DNA of 12,243 nt from assembly GCA_029856365.1 (NCBI GenBank), contig JAHQWW010000116.1, forward strand, positions 1-12,243, given 5' to 3'. The stretch comes from Candidatus Hodarchaeota archaeon. Its GTDB lineage: Archaea; Asgardarchaeota; Heimdallarchaeia; Hodarchaeales; Hodarchaeaceae. Below, piece after piece: positions 1 to 7,276 of the stretch. The number at the start of each line of letters is the position of its first letter. Positions within the stretch are counted from its first letter, which is position 1. The translations under genes were made by a program, and so were the position numbers. Below the pieces are notes generated by a model. The model had not been told where the DNA came from and ran no database searches. It saw nothing but the letters and a program-made list of their open reading frames with translations.

Positions 1-160
1 AATAAAATCTCTTAATAATTGGTTTGTTAAAAAAAACCCAAACATAAATGGCATCATTATCATATCCAGTCCTATTATTAAACCAATTAGAAACAATATT
101 GTAATTGTTTTAAATTTTTGAATAGGGACAATTGAAGATAGTCAATAGAGGAGAGAGAAC

Positions 161-1087
161 TTAAACCTTTGGGATGAGTGGTACTTGTCGTGTGTAGGCT
201 GCAGAATTATAATACATACAGATTTTTTCGATTTTATCAATAGGTAAGCCAGTAGTACTGCTTATGTCTGTACTTGATAGACCCTGTTCAAGACAAACCA
301 AAATTCTGTCAACATCACCAACAGGTAAGTCAAAAAAATATATATATTTATTCTGGACGCCAGGTATAAGATCAGCTTTTGATAAGTTCCGAATAGGTTC
401 TGGAAGCTCAAGGTATTCTGCTAACTGAAATATCTGGGAACGATAAAGACCTCCCAAAGGCATTAAATCAGCGCAATGGCTATGCCCCCATTTTGTGAAC
501 AATCCTGTTGATAGCTCTGTTTTATTAATTGTACCCACTAGAAAACGATTTTCTTGTTCTGCAGTCAAATATGCAACCGCCATTTGAAGCCTAGATCGAA
601 ATTTATTCAGAGAAACAATTTTTTGAATCCATTTTTCTCGGTCTGAATCTGCTTTTCCAACCATGCTATAGGTTTTTTCTTCAATTTCCTTTTTAGCTGT
701 GCTTTTCAGCAATGAGTAACTAAGTGACTGATATACCGAAGGAATGTCGCGAACAGACCCAGGTATCAGATCTTTCGACTCGAAATTCTTAAGCAAAGGT
801 TCTATATCACATCGGACAATATTCTCCTCTGTAATTCCTAAGAATTCGATTGAGGTCTCAAGTATTTCCTCTTGCTTTTCAAAATACTTATTGGTTCTTA
901 AGAGTAATTTTACTCCTTTATTATCTAATGCATCAAGCGATAATTTGGAGACAACAGTAGAGTCCATATAACCAGAGAATAAAACTAAGACTCCTTCCAC
1001 TCCCCTTTCTTCTTTAGATGTTTCAATAAAATGAACGATTCTTTCTTTAATCTCCATTATGTCTTTACTAATATCAAGCTCTTCCAA
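161..1087 (-). CDS. NH3-dependent NAD synthetase (NadE)-fold protein, divergent paralogue 1
   Basis: 308-aa ORF with NadE motifs in canonical order: PP-loop variant VLFSGYMDSTV (canonical SGGxDS), RSRLQM (ARxRM), LVGTINKTE (GTxNKSE), GLFTKWG (GYFTKYGD), DLMPLGGLYRSQIFQLAEYLELPE (DxxPxxDLYKTQVxxLAxxLGxP), ADLIPG. The TTG start at 1087 has GGTG 7 nt upstream. Several catalytic positions deviate, so nadE is not assigned. Confidence 0.8.
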   Translation of the reverse strand: MEELDISKDIMEIKERIVHFIETSKEERGVEGVLVLFSGYMDSTVVSKLSLDALDNKGVKLLLRTNKYFEKQEEILETSIEFLGITEENIVRCDIEPLLKNFESKDLIPGSVRDIPSVYQSLSYSLLKSTAKKEIEEKTYSMVGKADSDREKWIQKIVSLNKFRSRLQMAVAYLTAEQENRFLVGTINKTELSTGLFTKWGHSHCADLMPLGGLYRSQIFQLAEYLELPEPIRNLSKADLIPGVQNKYIYFFDLPVGDVDRILVCLEQGLSSTDISSTTGLPIDKIEKICMYYNSAAYTRQVPLIPKV

Positions 1088-1340
1088 GATTTTACACCAT
1101 GTGACTAGATTTTCTTAAGCTAGCAATAATAATAAGTAGTATTCTTTATGGATAAAATAGTTTATATACAATTACTTTTTCTGAAATATGAAAAGAAAAA
1201 AGACTTTTTCAAAATAACAACCACAAATATTATTTTTTCAGTTTTTTTATAAAAATATGGATACCTCTTTTGGACTTTTTCATAATTACTTATATTGTTG
1301 AACATGTGCTCAGGGTTAAGAATTTCCTAAATATATGGAC

Positions 1341-2843
1341 TTAAATTACCCCAACAACGAACGCTAGGAAAGAAAGGTAGATACCGCTAAAAACAAGCAG
1401 AATGAGGGAGATTGGAACAAGTCGAAACATAAAGTATTTGAAATTTAATGGACGTCCTTCTTTTGCTAAGAGAGAAATCGCAAGAATGGAAGCAGCACTA
1501 CCAAAAGGAGTTAATCCTCCTCCAAATGCACCCGCAAAAACTAGGATAAACCATAGGAAACGTGGGTTATTTGTTACATAAGGTTCATTTATATCAGAAA
1601 CAATGGGGATTAAAGCAGCAGTCACAGGGATATTATCAAGGATTCCACTAAAAATAGAAGCAATTAATAAAATTAAAAAACCAGCAAAGAAAAGATCTCC
1701 ACCGCTTAATTCCTTAAGAGAATTTGCAATATTTTCAAGAACATGAGTGTCTTCAAGAACACCAACTAGGATGAATAGTCCTGCAAAAAAGAGCAAAGTA
1801 TCCCATGAAAGCTCACGTATGAGTCGATGCTCGTCACTCCTTGTCAAAACTATCGCTAGAATGCCTCCCAAAATGGCAATCACACCTATGGGGAAATTTA
1901 ATGGTTGAGATAAAATAAAACCCACGATTGTTATTATTAGTGATATAGCTGCTAAATAAAACCTCCTTCGATCTTCTACAACACCCCATTCATCAAGAGA
2001 AAGAATCATTTGAGTATCAATTCCATTCTTGGATACTTCTCCTAATGGAATTTTTTCAGCTGGAAAAGCCCATTTTAGATAAATAATTGTGATAGGAATC
2101 GTGATGATAAGAAATGGAATGGAAACAAGTATAAAATCAATAAATCCGATATTACCTGCATCTGTTGCTCCAACCATAATTGCAGGTAACGAGCTAACAA
2201 GGGTTGCCACACCCGCGAGACTTGTTGCGAGTACAGCACTGAGTAAAAAGGGAGTAGGATCGTAATCTAATCCATTACAAACTGTAAGGATCATTGAGCC
2301 AACTAAGATCATTGCTGTCACATTAGCTAAAACTGTAGATAATGAAAAAGTGAGGATAAAAGTGAGAGCAAAAAGAGGAAAAATATTCCCCCTTGATATT
2401 TTCAGCATGCGAATTATTAACCAATCAAAGAGTCCTGTCTCCGAGGTTGCAGCTACCAAGATTGACATACCAAAAACTACCGCTAGAACTTCCCATTCCA
2501 TGTACTCATCAATTACATGCAACCAGCGGAAATCTTCCAGTAATAAAAGGGCTAATAGCAATGACACTGAACATGCTACTAAAATTATGGTAAGTTGTAG
2601 ATGATGGTATTTAGCTACTAAAAGGAAGGTTCCAACGAAAATCAGCGAGAAAAGAATCATATTACCTGTGTGAGGATCATTTGGATAAAAAATTAAAAAT
2701 AGTCCTAAAAACAGTGCTAAAACAACGATAAAAAGTATTTCAAATAATCGTTGACTTCTAAACCTTTGATAGTCCAACAACCGAGGATGGAATGCCTTCT
2801 TTCTTTTTTCTTCTAGAATAATTTGGTCTCTTTCCTCTGTCAT
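1341..2843 (-). CDS. ArsB/NhaD-family (IT superfamily, P-protein/OCA2-like) membrane permease
   Basis: ~500-aa, highly hydrophobic polytopic protein with two internal halves: EWEVLAVVFGMSILV..SETGLFDWL and SWDTLLFFAGLFILVGVLEDTHV; LANVTAMIL and LDNIPVTAALIP; GVATLVSSLP and GGGLTPFGSAA. ATG at 2843 is preferred; the ORF track starts at the in-frame TTG at 2858. The substrate cannot be determined from sequence. Confidence 0.85.
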   Translation of the reverse strand: MTEERDQIILEEKRKKAFHPRLLDYQRFRSQRLFEILFIVVLALFLGLFLIFYPNDPHTGNMILFSLIFVGTFLLVAKYHHLQLTIILVACSVSLLLALLLLEDFRWLHVIDEYMEWEVLAVVFGMSILVAATSETGLFDWLIIRMLKISRGNIFPLFALTFILTFSLSTVLANVTAMILVGSMILTVCNGLDYDPTPFLLSAVLATSLAGVATLVSSLPAIMVGATDAGNIGFIDFILVSIPFLIITIPITIIYLKWAFPAEKIPLGEVSKNGIDTQMILSLDEWGVVEDRRRFYLAAISLIITIVGFILSQPLNFPIGVIAILGGILAIVLTRSDEHRLIRELSWDTLLFFAGLFILVGVLEDTHVLENIANSLKELSGGDLFFAGFLILLIASIFSGILDNIPVTAALIPIVSDINEPYVTNNPRFLWFILVFAGAFGGGLTPFGSAASILAISLLAKEGRPLNFKYFMFRLVPISLILLVFSGIYLSFLAFVVGVI

Positions 2844-3095
2844 TTTCCTATGCAACAACCTAACTTTGAACTATGTTAGATTCGAATTCTATGAAATTCA
2901 AACCTAAAATTATAAGAGAAAGAATTCCTTTTTATATACCTTGATAAACGTAAATGGAGTTAGTTCTTCAAGAATTTTTTGGCTGCCTTAATCCTCTTTA
3001 TTTTGTGTAATTTTTCTTTATTAGTCGTAATCATTACATCTAAAGTATTAACAACAAGTAATAAATTTCTTGGCAATATCTTTAAAGTCCTAATT

Positions 3096-3123
3096 TTTGT
3101 AAAAAAAGGGCCTTTTTTACAAA
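3096..3123. promoter_or_regulatory. Inverted repeat (11-bp arms, 6-nt spacer), candidate operator in a divergent intergenic region
   Basis: TTTGTAAAAAA-AGGGCC-TTTTTTACAAA has perfectly complementary arms. It lies between the divergently oriented permease and NadE-like paralogue 2. The function is inferred. Confidence 0.4.
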
Positions 3124-3236
3124 GTCATTAAAAATATCAAGACAATGAATAAGTTACATCGCTAAAAATATTTAGTACTCTTACTAAATAATTTTTTACG
3201 AAAGTTATTTTCGTGCGTAATCATGGAGAAGAAAAA

Positions 3237-4184
3237 ATGACGGTAGATAACATTCTGAGAATCGATCCTGGTTATGTTAAATCGAAAATCATTAGCTATA
3301 TTCGTTCCATTATAGAGAAAAGAGATATTGAAGGACTTCTTATCCTTTATAGGGACTGTATTGAGGTAATCATGAATGTTTTTCTTGCTAAAGAAATCGT
3401 GGGAAGAGAAAATGTTAAAGTTTTGGTAACGAAGGGAAGATTTCTTTATAAGCAACCCCGTGAAGAAATGGATCCCGTTACAATCAATAAGAACTTAGAT
3501 TTACCACATGATAATGTTGTCTTTGCAAATAAAGAGAGACCCCTAAAAGAAATAAGAGAAGTTCTTTCTAGAAGTTATGAAATTAAATCTGGATTTATTG
3601 TGCCTGAGGCTGTTCCTGCTCTTAATTACAACCTTAGCTACCTCTTATTACGTGAAATGACAAGCTATGAAATTGAAAAAATGACATATGCACCTCCAGT
3701 GAAAAAACCATCTTCACGAAGAGAGAGATTCATCCAAAGAACCATTGCTCATCATAAAAGCCAAATACGTTTACGTATTCTCCTCGCGTTCCTCTTGGCT
3801 GAAAGTGAGAATAAATCTATTATCGGATCCCCAAACAAGACTGAATGGTTATTAGGGTTATTTACAAAATTTGGGATTTATCACGCTTGTGATTTCTTAC
3901 CTTTAGCTGGCCTTTATCGAACCCAAGTCATACAACTTGCAGAACATCTAGGACTTCAAGAATATATTGCCGCCAAAAAACCTCAATCACCTTCCAGCTT
4001 TGAATATTTCTTTAACCTTTCTGTAGACGAGGTTGACCGCATTCTAATACGATTGGAATCTGATTTCTCAGTAGTAAAAATCTTCGAGGAAACAGGTATT
4101 CATTTAGAAGCGATCAAAAAGGTGGATCATTATTATAGAGGGTCGAATTATGCAAGAACGGTGCCATTGATACCTGAGTATTGA
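3237..4184 (+). CDS. NadE-fold protein, divergent paralogue 2 (PP-loop lost, likely pseudoenzyme)
   Basis: The C-terminal NadE motifs are clear: IRLRI, IIGSPNKTEWLLGLFTKFG, DFLPLAGLYRTQVIQLAEHLGL, VDEVDRIL. The PP-loop position reads LLILYRDCIEV instead of SGGxDS. It aligns end to end by eye with 161..1087. ATG at 3237 (GGAG upstream) is preferred over GTG at 3213. Confidence 0.8.
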   Translation: MTVDNILRIDPGYVKSKIISYIRSIIEKRDIEGLLILYRDCIEVIMNVFLAKEIVGRENVKVLVTKGRFLYKQPREEMDPVTINKNLDLPHDNVVFANKERPLKEIREVLSRSYEIKSGFIVPEAVPALNYNLSYLLLREMTSYEIEKMTYAPPVKKPSSRRERFIQRTIAHHKSQIRLRILLAFLLAESENKSIIGSPNKTEWLLGLFTKFGIYHACDFLPLAGLYRTQVIQLAEHLGLQEYIAAKKPQSPSSFEYFFNLSVDEVDRILIRLESDFSVVKIFEETGIHLEAIKKVDHYYRGSNYARTVPLIPEY

Positions 4185-4482
4185 TACCAGAGTTGAAACC
4201 CAAGTGAGAACACATCGAAATTGCTGTAAATGTAATAACCCTTTTTATGCTAGTTATAAGGGTAAATATTATTGTCCTATGCATCTTAAAGAAAGATTAG
4301 CTAAAGAAAAAAAATCAGTGCCTAATGAAGATATGAATGAAAGCTAAACCCGAAGTCTTCATTGAATTCTTAAATTTTAAGTTCATTCTTGAGGAAAATT
4401 TCAATATAGGAGGAGGAAAAGGTTTTTCCAAAAAGAAAGTTTCTTAAGAAATCACCATAAATTCATAATATATCAAATAGAG

Positions 4483-4488
4483 TTTATA
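4483..4488 (+). promoter_or_regulatory. Possible archaeal TATA box upstream of the small GTPase
   Basis: TTTATA ends ~25 nt before ATG 4513, which would fit a short or leaderless transcript. The evidence is weak in an AT-rich background. Confidence 0.25.
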
Positions 4489-4512
4489 TTACACCATGGA
4501 GATGCCTTTAAT

Positions 4513-5064
4513 ATGTCTACTGACGATATTTTATTTGAGATGCCTCATTTCTCACAATATAAAATTGTTGTTGCTGGTGATGCGTTAGTAGGAAAGACCC
4601 AGTTAGTTTCTATATTTACTGGCAGGGGTTTTGAGCATAAACCAACTGCAGGGGCTGATATTTCATTTTTGAAACTTAAGAGTTCATCAAGTGATCAAAC
4701 AACTACGGCAATTTTTTGGGACTTATCTGGCCAACCTGCTTTTGACAAGGTACGTCCCCTTTTTTACGAGGGTGCCCATGCCATTATGTACATTTTTGAT
4801 GTTACAAGAAAGTCCACAGTCCTTTCACTTCCAAGTTGGGTGAAAGAAGCAAAGAAAATTCTCCCTGATAGTCCAGCTGTCTTAATTGGGAATAAAATTG
4901 ACTTGGAGAAAGAACGTGAAGTTAGTGACGATATAGGATTGAAATTTGCTGATAAAATGAATGCAACTTATTTTGCCACCTCGGCACTCAAGAATCAAGG
5001 TGTTGGTACAGCTTTTGCTTCAGCCATTCGTCGAGCCGTTTATTATCGTGATTCATTAAAATGA
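4513..5064 (+). CDS. Ras-superfamily small GTPase, Rab-like
   Basis: 183 aa with all G motifs: G1 GDALVGKT, G2 KPTAGADI, G3 WDLSGQ, G4 GNKID, G5 TSAL. It also has Rab-like segments (FDKVRPLFYEGA, REVS). There is no C-terminal Cys. Confidence 0.95.
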   Translation: MSTDDILFEMPHFSQYKIVVAGDALVGKTQLVSIFTGRGFEHKPTAGADISFLKLKSSSSDQTTTAIFWDLSGQPAFDKVRPLFYEGAHAIMYIFDVTRKSTVLSLPSWVKEAKKILPDSPAVLIGNKIDLEKEREVSDDIGLKFADKMNATYFATSALKNQGVGTAFASAIRRAVYYRDSLK

Positions 5065-5089
5065 AATTCTCAGTAGACTTACTAACAAT

Positions 5090-5758
5090 CTAATCAAAAT
5101 CTTTTAGAAGCTCTGCAATCCTACTATATACATTTTTAAGCTTGTTGGAGCTCAAAAGGTCAATGTATTGAATGATTCTCTCACCACCAACAAAACAAAT
5201 CTTCCAATTTGAGGGGTAAGGATCACAAATGATCCCTTTCTGGGCTAAATCGCGCGCAAGTCCACTGATATGCTTAATTAAAGAGGGATGCATCTGAGCA
5301 GGCTCTCCAGGAGCCTCAGTGGTCATTAACACAGGATAAACCCTTGAAAAGGTTTCTATTTTGGCTAATCCAATGACAGTAGGGATTATTACTCGAATTT
5401 CTTCGATTTTAAATTGAAATTTTAAATTCTGAAGTTCATTGACAAAATCTTGCCCAGTTAAATAATGAATTATCAATGCTGAAATTTCGCGATTATAATA
5501 TGGTTTTAATATAATTGGACCAATTTTGTCAAAAGAAAAGCTCCACCCAAATAGAACACTACTACCTCCTGGGTACAGTTTTGTTCCTCTCATACGAGAA
5601 CCTAATTTCTTGTTTATACGCTCTATGTCTTTACTACTCAAATTTTTATCTTTGGAAAACGCAATAATGCTTTCAACCAACTCGAGACGTTTTTGCAATG
5701 CCCTAGATGAAATTTGGTTCTTATATTCAGGAAATATAAAAACAGAGATTTGGGACAT
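5090..5758 (-). CDS. Atypical protein-kinase-like (PKL) fold protein, RIO/Bud32/Kdo-like
   Basis: Correctly ordered kinase-like elements: Gly loop LYPGGSSVLF, beta3 Lys IILKPY, alphaC Glu REISAL, IPTVIG, hinge VLMTTEAPGE, catalytic loop LAQKGIICDPYPSNW (DxxxxN), and metal-binding QYIDL. ATG at 5758 is preferred over TTG at 5782. Confidence 0.65.
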   Translation of the reverse strand: MSQISVFIFPEYKNQISSRALQKRLELVESIIAFSKDKNLSSKDIERINKKLGSRMRGTKLYPGGSSVLFGWSFSFDKIGPIILKPYYNREISALIIHYLTGQDFVNELQNLKFQFKIEEIRVIIPTVIGLAKIETFSRVYPVLMTTEAPGEPAQMHPSLIKHISGLARDLAQKGIICDPYPSNWKICFVGGERIIQYIDLLSSNKLKNVYSRIAELLKDFD

Positions 5759-5849
5759 TGTCTTGAAATTGATTCTGCACAAGTAAAATTATAAAATCTT
5801 TCCTTTCAAGATCTTTTGCAGATCTTTCGTACATATATCTATTGAAGTA

Positions 5850-7262
5850 TCAAACCCAATCTGCGGAGTCTATTTTCATCGGAAGATATGTTCCAGTCAT
5901 AAATCGCCAATTCTTTCCTGCAAGTGCTTGAATCTCAGCTTTCTTTCCCGTTTCGGTCATTATTCTGATTTGCTTTTCCCAATCTGGACGAGACTTTACA
6001 AAATCTTCCTGAAGCAGATCCTCTGCTCGTTTCATGTCATTATCTGTCATTTTAATAAGAACAGATTTTGGGATAGAATATTCCTTGATATCAGAAGGTA
6101 ACAATCCTAACCACCGAATGTCTGGAACAGCTAACTCCACACTTTCAAAACTTAAGGCTTTACTGCCAATCGAATATACTCTAAGAATATCCAAACCATA
6201 AGGATCAGCGTCTAGGAACCCCAAAATTGGAATGCTTAACTCTTCATGAACTCTCTTGATAAACATTCGTGTGGCCATATCTGGTTGGCCTGAGGCTGTT
6301 ATTAATACACATGGCAGGTAATTGAAGAATTTGTCTTCTGCTAAGTCTTGGAATACCGCGTCCTTCTCAATGACTAAGACAAATTCAGCATCACTCTCAA
6401 TATTATCGACCTGATCTAACATAGGAGTAATAGCATGCCCTCCTAATCCTTGAGTACAATCAATTCGGTCGCCACCTTCAGTAAACGACATTCTACCAAT
6501 AACTTTTCCTTTAGCAGAAGCAATTACATTTAATGAATTTCGCGAAACACGCAATAATGCCCCCAAGTCTTCAATCAATCCATCAGATACTCGTTGATTT
6601 TCAAATAAGTTTACATCACGGTAAAATAAGTGTCTTTTTGTGGCATGTTTGTCAGTTTCTAATATCTCACTTACATATCGCATTAATCCAGTTAATTGAA
6701 CTACACTCTTAACGCTACTAAGGTGACGAAACTGTCTATCAATAACATGACTGCCAAGAAGTACCATTTTAGAATTATCATCATATCCAACATTTTCGGA
6801 ACTTCTTGATGGAATACGAAATGCTGCTCCTTTGGGGTCTTCAGCTATTTCCTCAAGAAACTCTCTTGCGACTGTTTGTAAACGTTTATTTGTTTCCTCT
6901 GGAACTACATTATCGACCTTAAGAACAGACACAGGCAAATCGGCTATATCCAATGTCATCATTTTTCGTAAATCTCGAACTTTCGAAAGATCGACCTTAC
7001 GTCGGATTTGTAATACAACCTCCTCTGATTTTGCGAGCTGCCATAATGAATTAAGATTCGTTTTTTTAAGTTCTTGAAAACGCTTCGCCTTCTTTGGCCC
7101 AAAAAAAATCAAGAAAGTTTGCTTTGTTTTCAAATCAAGTTCTTTTTTCACAAATGTTTTTATGGCATTAAGTGATCCATCTTTTTCCATATCAGTTTTA
7201 ATAACTTTATTAGTGAAAGAATAATCCTCAATTGTTGCTTTAATCAATTGTTTTTCAGACAT
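5850..7262 (-). CDS. top6A: DNA topoisomerase VI subunit A (Spo11/Top6A family) with N-terminal extension
   Basis: The winged-helix catalytic motif HATKRHLFY contains Tyr214 (codon 6621-6623), followed by SDGLIEDL and SRNSLNVIASAKGKVIG. The TOPRIM domain shows VIEKDAVF (E299), ITASGQPDMATR and FLDADPYG (D351/D353), then IRWLGLLPSD and KAEIQAL. Confidence 0.96.
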   Translation of the reverse strand: MSEKQLIKATIEDYSFTNKVIKTDMEKDGSLNAIKTFVKKELDLKTKQTFLIFFGPKKAKRFQELKKTNLNSLWQLAKSEEVVLQIRRKVDLSKVRDLRKMMTLDIADLPVSVLKVDNVVPEETNKRLQTVAREFLEEIAEDPKGAAFRIPSRSSENVGYDDNSKMVLLGSHVIDRQFRHLSSVKSVVQLTGLMRYVSEILETDKHATKRHLFYRDVNLFENQRVSDGLIEDLGALLRVSRNSLNVIASAKGKVIGRMSFTEGGDRIDCTQGLGGHAITPMLDQVDNIESDAEFVLVIEKDAVFQDLAEDKFFNYLPCVLITASGQPDMATRMFIKRVHEELSIPILGFLDADPYGLDILRVYSIGSKALSFESVELAVPDIRWLGLLPSDIKEYSIPKSVLIKMTDNDMKRAEDLLQEDFVKSRPDWEKQIRIMTETGKKAEIQALAGKNWRFMTGTYLPMKIDSADWV

Positions 7263-7269
7263 GAATAAT

Positions 7270-7276
7270 TCATCCT
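7270..7276 (-). promoter_or_regulatory. Shine-Dalgarno-like site of top6A overlapping the upstream stop codon
   Basis: The minus strand reads TAG-GATGAATTATTC-ATG. AGGATGA overlaps the TAG of the giant ORF and lies 7 nt before the top6A ATG. The intergenic gap is 12 nt. Confidence 0.45.

Noticed and set aside
744-971. 75-aa plus-strand ORF
   Set aside because: Antisense shadow of NadE-like 1 with no recognisable motifs.
2350-2604. Plus-strand ORFs 2350..2604 and 2393..2593
   Set aside because: Antisense shadows inside the permease gene.
3162-3455. 97-aa minus-strand ORF
   Set aside because: Overlaps NadE-like 2 on the opposite strand and has an F/N/K-rich, non-coding-like composition.
161-4184. 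Calling either NadE-like gene nadE or a pseudogene
   Set aside because: Key catalytic motifs are altered, yet both frames are intact and share conserved novel motifs, which suggests retained but different function.
4236-4265. Imperfect hairpin ACCCTT...AAGGGT after NadE-like 2 as a terminator
   Set aside because: Only a 6-bp core with no clear U-tract after it, so support is insufficient.
4279-4347. 22-aa ORF MHLKERLAKEKKSVPNEDMNES with TTATAA upstream
   Set aside because: Too short to distinguish from chance without conservation or ribosome-profiling data.
4408-4451. SD-like AGGAGGAGG, a small GGAAAA/TTTTCC hairpin and the palindrome TTTCTTAAGAAA
   Set aside because: No start codon follows the SD-like run, and short AT-rich palindromes are expected by chance.
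4513-5782. GTPase plus kinase as a split Roco-like system
   Set aside because: The genes are convergent, and there is no COR or LRR domain.
5526-7077. Plus-strand ORFs 5526..5786 and 6832..7077
   Set aside because: Antisense shadows of the kinase-like gene and top6A.
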